Below, in pieces: positions 45,241 to 55,311 of a stretch of DNA of 64,000 bases. This DNA comes from an uncultured bacterium (lineage in GTDB: Bacteria; Desulfobacterota; DSM-4660; Desulfatiglandales; JALVMZ01). The DNA lies in the NCBI GenBank assembly GCA_965613025.1, contig CBFDUE010000004.1, positions 11,411-75,410 on the forward strand. The letters run 5' to 3'. The first letter of the stretch is position 1. The number at the start of each line of letters is the position of its first letter. The notes under the pieces were generated by a model, which saw nothing but the letters and a program-made list of their open reading frames with translations, was not told the origin of the DNA and did not search any database. A program made the position numbers and the translations under genes.

Positions 45241-46038
45241 ATGGCTGTAAAGATACATCCCACAGCAATTGTAAGTTCAGATGCGAAATTGGGAGAAGAT
45301 GTATTCATAGGGCCTTACTGTATTGTAGAAGATAATGTGGTAATTGGAGATCGGACAGAGCTTCTATCCCATGTGGTAGTGAAAGGTCCTACCAGGATCG
45401 GGCAGGATAACAAGATATTTCCCTTTGCCTCTCTGGGATCTCCTCCTCAGGATATCGGCTATATGGGAGAGGATACAACCCTTATAATCGGAGATAATAA
45501 TATTATCAGGGAATATGTCACCATAAATCGGGCAACCACAAAAGAGGAGTGGAAGACAACTGTAGGAAGTAATAACTATATTATGGCCTATGCCCATATC
45601 GCTCATGACTGCAGAATCGGAAATAATGTCATTTTAAGCAATCTCGTTACCTTGGCAGGCCATATCCATATAGATGACTATGCCATATTGGGTGGTGTTG
45701 TGGCGGTGCATCAATTTGTAAGAATAGGCCGATATGCATTTATTGGTGGGAAGTCCGGGATAGACAAAGATGTTCCACCCTTTATGCTTGTGGCAGGAGA
45801 GAGGGCCAAGATATATGGTATAAATCAGAAGGGACTGATCAGAGCAGGTTTTTCTCAAGAGACCATCGAAAGGTTAAAGAAGGCCTTTAGGATTCTCTGG
45901 AAAGAGGCAAAGACTCTAAGCGAAGGAATGGAAAGGGTAAGACAACGACTGGGAGAGACAGAGGAGATATTGATCTTATTAAATTTTTTAAAAGATTCCA
46001 AAAGAGGAATTCTTTCTGATCATAGAAGATGCAAATAA
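45241..46038 (+). CDS. lpxA: acyl-ACP--UDP-GlcNAc O-acyltransferase
   Basis: MAVKIHPTAIVSSDAKLGEDVFIGPYCIV, hexapeptide repeats and a helical C-terminus. An alternative TTG start is at 45226. Confidence 0.9.
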   Translation: MAVKIHPTAIVSSDAKLGEDVFIGPYCIVEDNVVIGDRTELLSHVVVKGPTRIGQDNKIFPFASLGSPPQDIGYMGEDTTLIIGDNNIIREYVTINRATTKEEWKTTVGSNNYIMAYAHIAHDCRIGNNVILSNLVTLAGHIHIDDYAILGGVVAVHQFVRIGRYAFIGGKSGIDKDVPPFMLVAGERAKIYGINQKGLIRAGFSQETIERLKKAFRILWKEAKTLSEGMERVRQRLGETEEILILLNFLKDSKRGILSDHRRCK

Positions 46039-46838
46039 TAGGTATAATTGCAGGAGGAGGAAAGTCTCCAATCCTTGCTGCCAGATCAGCCAAAGACAGA
46101 GGATACAGTGTGGCTGCAGTGGCATATCAGGATGAGACAGATCCTCAGATAGAAGAGGTGGTGGATCAGATCCAATGGCTAAGATTGGGCCAGTTTGGGA
46201 AGCTTATAAAGACACTTAAGGGATTTAATGTTCAGAAGGCCTTAATGATAGGCACAATAAAGAAAAGAAGGATGTTTAAAGATATAAGACCTGATTTAAG
46301 AGGTCTCAGGCTTATATCCAGATTATCCATATTACATGATGATAATATATTAAGGGCAGTTGCAGATGAGATTGAATCAGAGGGAATTGAGATAGTAGGA
46401 ATCAGGGAGATACTTCCAGAACTCATTGCTCCTGAAGGAGTTCTTACAGAGAGAAGACCAGACAAGAGAGAGATGGAAGATATAAGATTGGGATGGAAAG
46501 TGGCAAAAGAACTTGGCAGACTGGATATAGGACAATGTGTGGTGGTAAATCAAAAGGTGGTGGTGGCAGTAGAGGCTATTGAAGGGACAGATGAAACCAT
46601 TAAGAGAGGTGGAAGATTATCAGGAAGAGGGGCGGTGGTGGTAAAGGTATGTAAGCCTTTGCAGGATCATAGATTTGATTTACCCACTGTGGGAAAAGAT
46701 ACCATTGAGATTATGAAAGATGCAGGAGCAAGTGCCCTTTCAGTTGAAGCAGGAAGGACCCTTATATTTGATATGGATGAGATGATAGCCTTTGCAAATG
46801 ACTCAGGTATCTCTATAATCTCCATGAAAGAGGAGTAG
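46029..46838 (+). CDS. lpxI: UDP-2,3-diacylglucosamine pyrophosphatase LpxI (DUF1009)
   Basis: IGIIAGGGKSPILAARSAK... N-terminus. Located between lpxA and lpxB, as LpxI genes are. Confidence 0.75.
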   Translation: MQIIGIIAGGGKSPILAARSAKDRGYSVAAVAYQDETDPQIEEVVDQIQWLRLGQFGKLIKTLKGFNVQKALMIGTIKKRRMFKDIRPDLRGLRLISRLSILHDDNILRAVADEIESEGIEIVGIREILPELIAPEGVLTERRPDKREMEDIRLGWKVAKELGRLDIGQCVVVNQKVVVAVEAIEGTDETIKRGGRLSGRGAVVVKVCKPLQDHRFDLPTVGKDTIEIMKDAGASALSVEAGRTLIFDMDEMIAFANDSGISIISMKEE

Positions 46839-46842
46839 GATA

Positions 46843-47814
46843 TTGGAAAGGATCAGAGTTGCGGTTATAGGAGTTGGTCATCTGGGGGAATACCATGTCC
46901 AGAAATATAAGAGCATCTCTGGTGTAGACCTGGTGGGGGTGGTGGATATAGACAGGGAAAGAGCTTGGGAGATAGCTCATAGATATGGGACAAAGCCATA
47001 TTTTAATCATAGGGATGTGCTCGACAAAGTGGATGCGGTAAGTTGTGTGGTTCCCACTGAGTCCCACTTTGAGGTGGCAAAGGATATACTATCCTGTGGT
47101 ATCCATATGCTTATTGAAAAGCCCATCACCTATCACATTGAACCTGCGGATACCCTAATTAAGATTGCCAAAGACAGGGGGTTGATATTACAGGTTGGGC
47201 TTGTGGAAAGATTTAATCCTGCTATTGTTAGTCTTAGAAGGTTTCTGCATGCTCCTATATTTATGGAGGCCCACAGGATGAACAGATTCACCAAACGGGG
47301 GATAGATGTGGATGTGGTCTTGGATCTTATGATACATGATCTGGATATCTTTTTACACCTGATACCCTATGAGGTTAAGGAGCTTCATTCAACGGGGCTG
47401 TCTGTGATAACAGATAAGACAGATATTGCAAATGTACGTATGATATTTGAAAATGGAACTGTGGCAAATCTCACTGCAAGCAGGGTCTCTACAAAGATCC
47501 TCAGAAAGATAAGGGTATTCCAAAAGGATATGTATCTATCGGCAAATTGCTATAAGAGAGAGCTGGACATAATAACTCTTGACTCCCAAAGAAGAGATGC
47601 AGACGGATATCCCACTTTGAGTGCTCAGAAATTGAGTTTTCCTGATAGCGACCCCCTGATGGAAGAGATCAGATCCTTTGTGGATGCAGTGAGAACAGGA
47701 AATAAGCCCCAGGTGAGCGGAGAGGATGGAAGAAGGGCATTGAAGTATGCCCTTATCATAATGGATCAGATAAGAGAGGGGTGTAAGGAATTTAAAGATA
47801 TCAGATCCTGCTGA
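46843..47814 (+). CDS. Gfo/Idh/MocA-family NAD(P)-dependent oxidoreductase (GnnA-like position in the lpx cluster)
   Basis: IRVAVIGVGHLGEYH Rossmann N-terminus and an EKP motif (MLIEKPIT). TTG start after AGGAG. Confidence 0.75.
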   Translation: MERIRVAVIGVGHLGEYHVQKYKSISGVDLVGVVDIDRERAWEIAHRYGTKPYFNHRDVLDKVDAVSCVVPTESHFEVAKDILSCGIHMLIEKPITYHIEPADTLIKIAKDRGLILQVGLVERFNPAIVSLRRFLHAPIFMEAHRMNRFTKRGIDVDVVLDLMIHDLDIFLHLIPYEVKELHSTGLSVITDKTDIANVRMIFENGTVANLTASRVSTKILRKIRVFQKDMYLSANCYKRELDIITLDSQRRDADGYPTLSAQKLSFPDSDPLMEEIRSFVDAVRTGNKPQVSGEDGRRALKYALIIMDQIREGCKEFKDIRSC

Positions 47815-47815
47815 T

Positions 47816-48955
47816 GTGAAAAGGGATGTATCTAAGCATATTCTAATTATCACGGGAGAGCCATCTGGAGATCTACACGGCGCCAATCTGATAAGGGAAA
47901 TAAAGAGGTTGAGACCTGATATAGGAATCCATGCAATCGGTGGAGATCGGATAAGGGCACAGGGTGTGGAGCTTTTAAAGAGCTGTGACAATATGGCTGT
48001 AGTGGGATTTTGGGAGATATTTAAGAGTATAAAGGAGATATATGATGCATATAGAAAGGTCATAGATTTTATTAAAGAGAGGAGGCCTGAACTCATAATA
48101 CTGATAGATTATCCAGGGTTTAATCTGAGGATAGCTAAGATTGCAAAGAGATATGGCATAAAGGTGTTATATTATATACTTCCTCAGATGTGGGCATGGA
48201 GAGAGGGGAGGATTAGAAAGGTTAAAAGATGGGTTGACAAGGCAGCAGTTATTCTTCCCTTTGAAGAGGAGTTTTACAAGGAAAAAGGGATAGATGTGGA
48301 ATATGTGGGTCATCCAATTATGGATAACATATATGAAGATGATGAAATTGATGCTATAATTGAAAGAGAGGATGCATATCCAATTATCGGAATTGTGCCA
48401 GGGAGCAGAGAAGATGAGATCAAAAGACATCTTAAACCCATGCTATTGGCGTTGGAGGGGTTAAAGGAAGTATATCCTAAAATCATGGGTTTGGTTTCAG
48501 TTGCACCTGATGTGGACTATGAACTGATTGAAGAAGGCACTAAGGGTATGGATGTGCCATTAAAACTATCAAAGATGCCACTTCTTTCCTTGCTCAAGAT
48601 ATGCGATTTTGCATTTGTAAGTTCAGGAACTGCCACTTTGGAGGCTGCTATATCAGAGATCCCTTTTGTTTTGGTCTACAAGATATTCCCTCTTACATAT
48701 CTTATGGCTAAATTGGCAGTGAGGATTTCCAATATAGGCCTTGTAAATCTCATATCAGGAAGAAGGATTGTCCCCGAGCTGATTCAACATAAATTTACCC
48801 CATCAAATCTTATATACTGGACACAGAGAATTCTTGAAGATATAGAGCTTCGAAATGATATGATAATGGGACTCAGGATGGTGAAGAGCCACTTGGGCAA
48901 AAAAGGGGCATCCTTTCGCACAGCAAATATTGCAATCAATCTCTTGGAGGGATAG
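47816..48955 (+). CDS. lpxB: lipid-A-disaccharide synthase
   Basis: ILIITGEPSGDLHGANLI N-terminus. GTG start 1 nt after the upstream stop. Confidence 0.9.
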   Translation: MKRDVSKHILIITGEPSGDLHGANLIREIKRLRPDIGIHAIGGDRIRAQGVELLKSCDNMAVVGFWEIFKSIKEIYDAYRKVIDFIKERRPELIILIDYPGFNLRIAKIAKRYGIKVLYYILPQMWAWREGRIRKVKRWVDKAAVILPFEEEFYKEKGIDVEYVGHPIMDNIYEDDEIDAIIEREDAYPIIGIVPGSREDEIKRHLKPMLLALEGLKEVYPKIMGLVSVAPDVDYELIEEGTKGMDVPLKLSKMPLLSLLKICDFAFVSSGTATLEAAISEIPFVLVYKIFPLTYLMAKLAVRISNIGLVNLISGRRIVPELIQHKFTPSNLIYWTQRILEDIELRNDMIMGLRMVKSHLGKKGASFRTANIAINLLEG

Positions 48956-48960
48956 TCTTA

Positions 48961-50322
48961 ATGGCTGTCACGGTGCTTATAGTGGATGACGAAGAGAGTA
49001 TCTTACAGTCACTTTCAGGTGTCTTAGAGGATGAGGGCTTTGAGGTGATAGTTTCAAAGGACGGCCCAGATGCCCTTCGCAAGGTAGAAGAGCAGATGCC
49101 CGATGTGGTCTTACTGGATATATGGATGCCAGGAATGGATGGAATTGAGACCCTTAGTCATATAATGAAACTAAATCCCCATCCTCAGGTAATAATGATG
49201 TCAGGCCATGGCACCATTGAAAGCGCTGTAAAGGCAACAAAATTGGGTGCCTATGACTTTATAGAAAAGCCTCTGTCCTTAGAGAAGGTGATACTTACAA
49301 TAAACAATGCCCTTAATCAATCAAGATTAGAGCAGGAAATTAGCCTTTTAAAGCAGAAGACAAGGGATAGATATCAGATAACGGGAGATAGCCCCGCAAT
49401 AAGACTCTTAAAGGAACAGATAAGAATAGTTGCCCCAACCGATGCATGGGTGCTTATTAAGGGTGAAAATGGGACAGGTAAGGAATTGGTAGCCCATACT
49501 ATTCACAGGCTTAGCAAAAGGAGCCATAAGCCAATGGTTGAGGTAAACTGTGCGGCCATTCCAGAGGAGCTCATTGAAAGTGAACTCTTTGGACATGAAA
49601 AGGGAGCATTTACTGGGGCTACTGTCATGAAAAAGGGAAAATTTGATCAGGCCCACTTAGGAACCCTCTTTTTAGACGAGATAGGTGATATGAGTCTAAA
49701 GGCCCAGTCCAAGACACTCAGGATACTGCAGGAGCAGAAGTTTGAAAGGGTGGGTGGCACAAAGACCATACATGTGGATGTAAGGGTTATAGCTGCAACA
49801 AACAAAGACCTGGAAGAAGAGATAAAGAAAGGAAATTTTAGAGAAGATCTCTATTTCAGACTGAATGTTATTCCCATCAGGGTTCCCCCTCTAAGAGAGA
49901 GGGTGGAAGATATTCCAGCCCTTATTGATGATTTTATGAAAGAATTTCAACAGAACACCAATTTGGAGCCAAAAGAATTTTCAGATGACTCCATTGAACT
50001 ACTTCAAAGATATCACTGGCCTGGAAATGTAAGGGAATTAAAAAACTTAGTTGAAAGATTGCTCATTATGTGCCCAAAAAGTGTAATAAAGGCTGAGGAT
50101 ATTCCTCCACCCTATAATATGAAAGGGAAGGCCGACGATGTCTTAGAGAATCTTTTTCAGATAGAATCCTATAGAGAGGCAAAGATGCGCTTTGAGATCT
50201 CTTTTCTGCGTAGCAAACTCAGACAGTTTAAAGGCAATATCTCACACACTGCAAGGGCAATTGGTATGGAAAGAAGTCATCTCCATAAAAAGATCAAGGA
50301 GTATGGGCTGGATAGGTCTTAA
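48961..50322 (+). CDS. sigma-54-dependent response regulator (NtrC family: receiver + AAA+ + Fis-type HTH)
   Basis: VLLDIWMPGMDG, GENGTGKELVA, GAFTGA, an ESELFGHEKGAFTG loop and C-terminal GNISHTARAIGMERSHLHKKIKEYGL. Confidence 0.9.
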   Translation: MAVTVLIVDDEESILQSLSGVLEDEGFEVIVSKDGPDALRKVEEQMPDVVLLDIWMPGMDGIETLSHIMKLNPHPQVIMMSGHGTIESAVKATKLGAYDFIEKPLSLEKVILTINNALNQSRLEQEISLLKQKTRDRYQITGDSPAIRLLKEQIRIVAPTDAWVLIKGENGTGKELVAHTIHRLSKRSHKPMVEVNCAAIPEELIESELFGHEKGAFTGATVMKKGKFDQAHLGTLFLDEIGDMSLKAQSKTLRILQEQKFERVGGTKTIHVDVRVIAATNKDLEEEIKKGNFREDLYFRLNVIPIRVPPLRERVEDIPALIDDFMKEFQQNTNLEPKEFSDDSIELLQRYHWPGNVRELKNLVERLLIMCPKSVIKAEDIPPPYNMKGKADDVLENLFQIESYREAKMRFEISFLRSKLRQFKGNISHTARAIGMERSHLHKKIKEYGLDRS

Positions 50323-50888
50323 TCTTTTTTAATAAATTCCCTTAATCTTTTCCAGAGCTCTCTCTTTCCTTCACCTGTCTTTGCAGAGAAAAATACAGAG
50401 ATATCCTTAAATTCCTCTTTAAGCCTCTGCCTTTTAAGGGAAAGCTCTGATCTGGATATCTTATCTATCTTGGTAAATACAATCAGATACCTCTTTTTTA
50501 AAAAGTTTAAGAAGTCTATCAGTTGCTCCTCTTCCTTTTCTATTCCCCTTCTGATATCCACAATCACTATAACTGCCTTTAGATTTTTTCTTTCCCGTAG
50601 ATACGATTCAACCATCCCTTTCCAGCCCATCTTCATCTTTAAAGGAACTTCTGCATAGCCATACCCTGGAAGATCCACAAAGCATATCTTTCCATCTACA
50701 AGATAAAAATTGAGTGAGCGCGTCTTTCCAGGCCTTGAACTTACCTTTGCAATCACTCTTCTGTTTAAAAGACGGTTAATTAGTGAGGACTTTCCCACAT
50801 TGGATCTTCCTGCAAATGCAAACTCTGGATATAGGGGAGGCGGATACTGCTTGGGAGTATAGGCACTTTTAAGAAATCGGCAATCCAT
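50319..50888 (-). CDS. engB: ribosome biogenesis GTP-binding protein YihA/EngB
   Basis: EFAFAGRSNVGKSSLIN, DLPGYGYA and TKIDK. Confidence 0.9.
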   Translation of the reverse strand: MDCRFLKSAYTPKQYPPPLYPEFAFAGRSNVGKSSLINRLLNRRVIAKVSSRPGKTRSLNFYLVDGKICFVDLPGYGYAEVPLKMKMGWKGMVESYLRERKNLKAVIVIVDIRRGIEKEEEQLIDFLNFLKKRYLIVFTKIDKISRSELSLKRQRLKEEFKDISVFFSAKTGEGKRELWKRLREFIKKD

Positions 50889-52043
50889 CTACTGTTTAAG
50901 GGAGTTAATATATCCCTTTAATCTTCTTAGGCCTTCCCGGATATTTTCTAAGGAATTGGCATAGGAAAATCTTAAAAATCCCTCTGCATTTTTGCCAAAT
51001 TGAATTCCTGGGCTTACTCCCACATGGGCCTTCTCTAATATATCAAATGCAAGGGAAAGGGAATCTTCTGATAGCTCTCTTGCATTTACAAACACATAAA
51101 ATGCTCCAACAGGCTCAACAGGGATCCTAAAACCCATCTCCTTTAAACCTCTTATCATGTATCTTCTTCTTTCATCAAATACATTGCGCATATGTTCCAT
51201 ATCTTCAATTGCCTCATCAAATGCCCTTATGGCACCCCACTGTGATATGCTGGGTGCAGAGATAATGAGGTTTTGCTGTATCTTCTGAATCGGACGAACC
51301 AGTTCTTTTGGGCATATGATATATCCCAATCTCCATCCTGTCATGGCAAAGGCCTTTGAAAACCCATTCAATACAATGGCCCTGTCAGTAAATTCAAGTA
51401 TAGAACGTTCCTTACCTTCATAGACTAATCCGTGATATATCTCATCAGATATAATTAAGGGGCCAAGATTGGCAATCTCAGCCATTCTCTCATCTGAGAG
51501 CAGGGTGCCAGTGGGATTAGATGGGGAATTTATTAATATCCCTTTTACCTTTGGGTTGATCTTAGATCTTATGGTGTCAGGATCCATCTGAAAGCCATCA
51601 TCTTCATGGACATTTATAAATACAGGCTCGGCCCCAAGAAATCTTACAAAATTGGGATAGCATGGATAGTGGGGATCGGTCATTATGAGTTGATCTCCAG
51701 GATCTAATAGGGCTGAAAAGACCATAAATAGGCCAGGAGATGTACCCGGAGTTACTATTATCTGATCTGGTGATATATCCACTCCATATCTCTTATTATA
51801 ATATCTACATATACATTCCCTGAGTTCCCATATCCCCTGACTATGGGTATAGTGGGTAAGGCCCCTTCCCATAGCATCCATTGCCCCCCTGCATATACAT
51901 TGAGGGGTAGGAAAATCAGGCTCTCCTATCTCCAGATGCACTATCCTATGCCCCTCCCTTTCCAATTCATTTGCCCTCTCCAATATATCCATAACCAGAA
52001 AGGGGGGGATCTCTTCTGCTCTCTTAGATAGTGTAAACATCAA
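50889..52043 (-). CDS. class I/II PLP-dependent aminotransferase (aspartate/aromatic type)
   Basis: LNGFSKAFAMTGWRLGY places the PLP lysine in its expected context. 384 aa. Confidence 0.8.
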   Translation of the reverse strand: MMFTLSKRAEEIPPFLVMDILERANELEREGHRIVHLEIGEPDFPTPQCICRGAMDAMGRGLTHYTHSQGIWELRECICRYYNKRYGVDISPDQIIVTPGTSPGLFMVFSALLDPGDQLIMTDPHYPCYPNFVRFLGAEPVFINVHEDDGFQMDPDTIRSKINPKVKGILINSPSNPTGTLLSDERMAEIANLGPLIISDEIYHGLVYEGKERSILEFTDRAIVLNGFSKAFAMTGWRLGYIICPKELVRPIQKIQQNLIISAPSISQWGAIRAFDEAIEDMEHMRNVFDERRRYMIRGLKEMGFRIPVEPVGAFYVFVNARELSEDSLSLAFDILEKAHVGVSPGIQFGKNAEGFLRFSYANSLENIREGLRRLKGYINSLKQ

Positions 52044-52050
52044 TATGATC

Positions 52051-52926
52051 CTAAATCACCTTATTTAAAGAATATTCAATTATTCCTTCTGCTCCTGCCT
52101 TTATAAGCCCGGGAATAAGATCCCTTACTATTCTGGATTCCACAACTGTCTCCACTGCATACCACTCTTGATTGTAAAGGGGGGATATGGTGGGTGCATT
52201 AAGGCTGGGCAGCAGTTCAATCACTTCATTTAATCTCTCTTTTGGAACATTCATCTTCAGCCCCACCATGTTTTGTGCCCTTAAGGCACCCTTTAAAAGA
52301 AGCACTATCTGTTCCATCTTTTCCCTTTTCCAAGGGTCCTCATAGGCCTTTTTATTGGCGATAAATTGGGGATTGGATTGCATGAATTCATATATGATCT
52401 TTAGTCCATGTGCCTTAAGGGTGCTACCAGTTTCTGTTACCTCCACAATGGCATCTGCAAGGCCAGAGACCACCTTTGCCTCAGTTGCACCCCATGAGAA
52501 TTCCACATCCACATCAATGTCTCTCTCCTTGAAATATCTACGGGTAAAATTTACAAGCTCTGTGGCTATCTTTTTCCCCTGAAGATCTTTTAATTCCTTT
52601 ATTTCAGAGTCCGCTGGAACTGCCAGCACCCACCTTGCAGGAGCCTGACTCACCTTGGAATATACCAGATCATCCAGCACCACCACATCAGAGTCGTTTT
52701 CCTCAATCCAGTCTCTTCCCGTTATTCCGGCATCAAGGGTGCCATTTTCCACATATCTTGACATCTCCTGTGCCCGGCATATGGTGCACTGAATCTCTGG
52801 ATCATTAATTTCCGGAAAATAGCTCCTGCTGTTTTGAAGACTTATCTTCCAGCCAGATTTTTCAAATAGCTTAATGGTTGCATCCTGAAGACTACCTTTT
52901 GGTATCCCTAACTTAAGAACTCTCAT
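52051..52926 (-). CDS. hisG: ATP phosphoribosyltransferase (long form)
   Basis: [10 protein letters not shown] start, 291 aa with a C-terminal regulatory domain. Overlaps hisI by 4 nt. Confidence 0.88.
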   Translation of the reverse strand: MRVLKLGIPKGSLQDATIKLFEKSGWKISLQNSRSYFPEINDPEIQCTICRAQEMSRYVENGTLDAGITGRDWIEENDSDVVVLDDLVYSKVSQAPARWVLAVPADSEIKELKDLQGKKIATELVNFTRRYFKERDIDVDVEFSWGATEAKVVSGLADAIVEVTETGSTLKAHGLKIIYEFMQSNPQFIANKKAYEDPWKREKMEQIVLLLKGALRAQNMVGLKMNVPKERLNEVIELLPSLNAPTISPLYNQEWYAVETVVESRIVRDLIPGLIKAGAEGIIEYSLNKVI

Positions 52927-53297
52927 AGCTCCACCTCATCCTGAAGTTTTTTATCTACAATCTCAAAACTTCCGTCTCTATTTATCCTTCTATAAAAACA
53001 GCTTTCATGTCCTGTATGACATGCAATGCCCCCCACCTGTTCAACTAAGAAGAGCACGGTGTCATTATCGCAGTCCACATATATCTCCTTTATCTTTTGG
53101 ACATGGCCAGAGGTCTCTCCTTTATGCCAAAGACAATTTCTGCTTCTACTCCAATAGTGTGCCTCTCCAGTTTGGAGGGTCATTTTAAAGGACTCCTGAT
53201 TTATATAGGCAAGCATAAGGACCCTCTTTGTCTTATAGTCCTGAACTATGGCTGGAATAAGCCCATTTCCTTTTTTAAAATCAAGCCCTTCCATCAT
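52923..53297 (-). CDS. hisI: phosphoribosyl-AMP cyclohydrolase
   Basis: LIPAIVQD...[19 protein letters not shown]...DCDNDT..CHTG. 124 aa, so there is no fused HisE. Confidence 0.9.
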   Translation of the reverse strand: MMEGLDFKKGNGLIPAIVQDYKTKRVLMLAYINQESFKMTLQTGEAHYWSRSRNCLWHKGETSGHVQKIKEIYVDCDNDTVLFLVEQVGGIACHTGHESCFYRRINRDGSFEIVDKKLQDEVEL

Positions 53298-53332
53298 AAC
53301 CCTTCCTCTTTTAAGGATCTCTGTTATTCTCT

Positions 53333-53830
53333 TTAAAATCTGTTAAGTATGGCTTTATCTATGGGGTTGCGATGACCACTTTGTCTTTTCTCTGCGGGAT
53401 GACCCAATGCCACCACTGCCATGAGTTCGCAAGAGGGGGGAACCTTTAATATCTCCTCCACCTTTTGCCTGTTTTTAAGTATCTCACCAAGCCATACGGC
53501 CCCCAATCCCATGGAGTGTATTGCAAGCAGCATATTCTGAATACATGCACCAATTGCCTGAATATCTTTTACCCTGTCATAGCTGATGGAGTTGTCTAAA
53601 AATACCGCAATACAGACAGGTGCATTTTCAATGATCCTGGAAAATTTGGTACATCTTGCCACATCTGATTTAATTTCAGGATCTCTTATGATCACAAATT
53701 TCCAGGGCTGATTATTTTGCCCGGATGGTGCCCATGTGCCCATCTCTATTATGGTATTTAAGATTTCATCGCTAACAGGTTCTTCGGTAAATTTTCGTAT
53801 ACTTCTTCTACTCTTAATCAGCTCTAACAT
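53333..53830 (-). CDS. nitroreductase-family protein
   Basis: [11 protein letters not shown]...[12 protein letters not shown]. Start chosen at MLELIK (53830). The upstream extension to 53959 overlaps the xseA start and looks non-coding. Confidence 0.8.
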   Translation of the reverse strand: MLELIKSRRSIRKFTEEPVSDEILNTIIEMGTWAPSGQNNQPWKFVIIRDPEIKSDVARCTKFSRIIENAPVCIAVFLDNSISYDRVKDIQAIGACIQNMLLAIHSMGLGAVWLGEILKNRQKVEEILKVPPSCELMAVVALGHPAEKRQSGHRNPIDKAILNRF

Positions 53831-53940
53831 CTCTCTTCCCTCATAATGGATATTATCTATAGTTCTTAAAAAGAGTATATAGATGTCAATGGAATTTTTT
53901 AAGTGGAAAATTATGAAGTTGTTATATATCTTGGTTTTAA

Positions 53941-55311
53941 ATGGAAGGCGTCTTATCACATCCCAACTCTAGAATACATATTTACACTGTAAGTGAGCTT
54001 ACGGAAGATATAAGATCCCTTTTGGAAGAGCAGATTGGCATAGTCTGGGTTGAAGGGGAGATCTCCAATTTTAGGGCACCCTCCTCAGGACATTACTACA
54101 TGAGCATAAAGGATGAAGGAGCTCAGATTCGGGCGGTGATGTTTAGGCCACAGGTAAGATATCTGAGATTTATGCCAGAAGATGGGATGAAGGTGGTGGT
54201 GCATGGCAGACTGAGTGTCTATGAACCCAGAGGAGAGTATCAGCTCATCTTAGATTACATGGAACCCATTGGTATAGGAGCACTTGCCCTTGCACTGGAG
54301 CAACTTAAAAAGAGGCTCAGTGATCTGGGGCTATTTGATCCGGACAAAAAGAGGCCTCTTCCCCGGCTTCCCCAAAAGGTTGCGGTAATAACATCTCCAA
54401 CAGGAGCTGCTATAAGAGATTTCTTAAAGGTTATCCACAGGAGATTTGCCAATATCAGGGTGATTGTGGTTCCGGTAAGGGTGCAGGGTGAGGAGGCAAC
54501 AGGGGAGATTGTGGATGCCTTGAGATTTGTTAATAGAAATCTGAATGTGGATGTGATTGTGATTACCAGAGGAGGAGGGTCTATTGAGGATCTCTGGCCC
54601 TTTAATCAGGAAGAGATTGCATATGCCATAAGGGAGTCCAATATACCTGTGGTATCTGCGGTCGGCCATGAGATAGATCTTACCATTTCAGATCTTGCAG
54701 CAGATCTAAGGGCACCCACACCCTCAGCGGCAGCAGAGATGTTAGTTATGGAAAAGGAGGCATTGAAAGGAAAGATAGATGATTTAAAAGGAAGGCTTCT
54801 GTTGGCAATTGAAAGGGGGTTGGAAACACAGAGAGACTCCCTTAACAACCTAAATAGGGCCCTTAAAGATCCAAGAGGAATTATTGAAGATTGGTATCTT
54901 AAAGTAGATGATCTGAGGGCAAAGGCAGAAAGATATCTAAGGGATATATTAAAGGGAAAGAGAAACCAATTGGATCTCAGATATCAAAAGCTTTTAAATA
55001 GACAGCCCATTAATCTTATAGAGATAAAAAGACATAGTATTGAGACGATAAAAAAGGTTATTATTCAATCTATTTCCTATAATCTCAGGGACAGAAAAGA
55101 GAAGATAGCTCGTCTGGAAATAAGACTTAAGGATCTTGATCCCTTTTCAGTGCTACGCAGAGGCTACAGTATCACATTCAGGATTCCAGATATGAAGATA
55201 TTTAAGGATGCAGAAAAGTTCAGATTAGATGACAGGGTAAGGATTAGGCTATGGAAGGGTGAGCTTGAATGCCGCATAGAAGAGATTAGATCTGAGGAGC
55301 CCATGAAATGA
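53941..55311 (+). CDS. xseA: exodeoxyribonuclease VII large subunit
   Basis: YTVSELTEDIRSLLEE..VWVEGEISNF OB-fold N-terminus, ITSPTGAAIRD and GHEID. Confidence 0.9.
   Translation: MEGVLSHPNSRIHIYTVSELTEDIRSLLEEQIGIVWVEGEISNFRAPSSGHYYMSIKDEGAQIRAVMFRPQVRYLRFMPEDGMKVVVHGRLSVYEPRGEYQLILDYMEPIGIGALALALEQLKKRLSDLGLFDPDKKRPLPRLPQKVAVITSPTGAAIRDFLKVIHRRFANIRVIVVPVRVQGEEATGEIVDALRFVNRNLNVDVIVITRGGGSIEDLWPFNQEEIAYAIRESNIPVVSAVGHEIDLTISDLAADLRAPTPSAAAEMLVMEKEALKGKIDDLKGRLLLAIERGLETQRDSLNNLNRALKDPRGIIEDWYLKVDDLRAKAERYLRDILKGKRNQLDLRYQKLLNRQPINLIEIKRHSIETIKKVIIQSISYNLRDRKEKIARLEIRLKDLDPFSVLRRGYSITFRIPDMKIFKDAEKFRLDDRVRIRLWKGELECRIEEIRSEEPMK

Noticed and set aside
47536-48096. 186-aa minus-strand ORF spanning the oxidoreductase/lpxB junction
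   Set aside because: It is antisense to two well-supported lpx-cluster genes and has no recognisable domain. The same judgement applies to 18708-19196, 57667-58194, 58166-58639, 60367-60849, 61311-61751 and 63117-63494.
53831-53959. Upstream extension of the nitroreductase ORF (start at 53959)
   Set aside because: The 43 extra residues are Ile/Asn/Phe-rich AT-driven sequence and overlap the divergent xseA start. [14 protein letters not shown] at 53830 has a purine-rich RBS and is the family-typical start.
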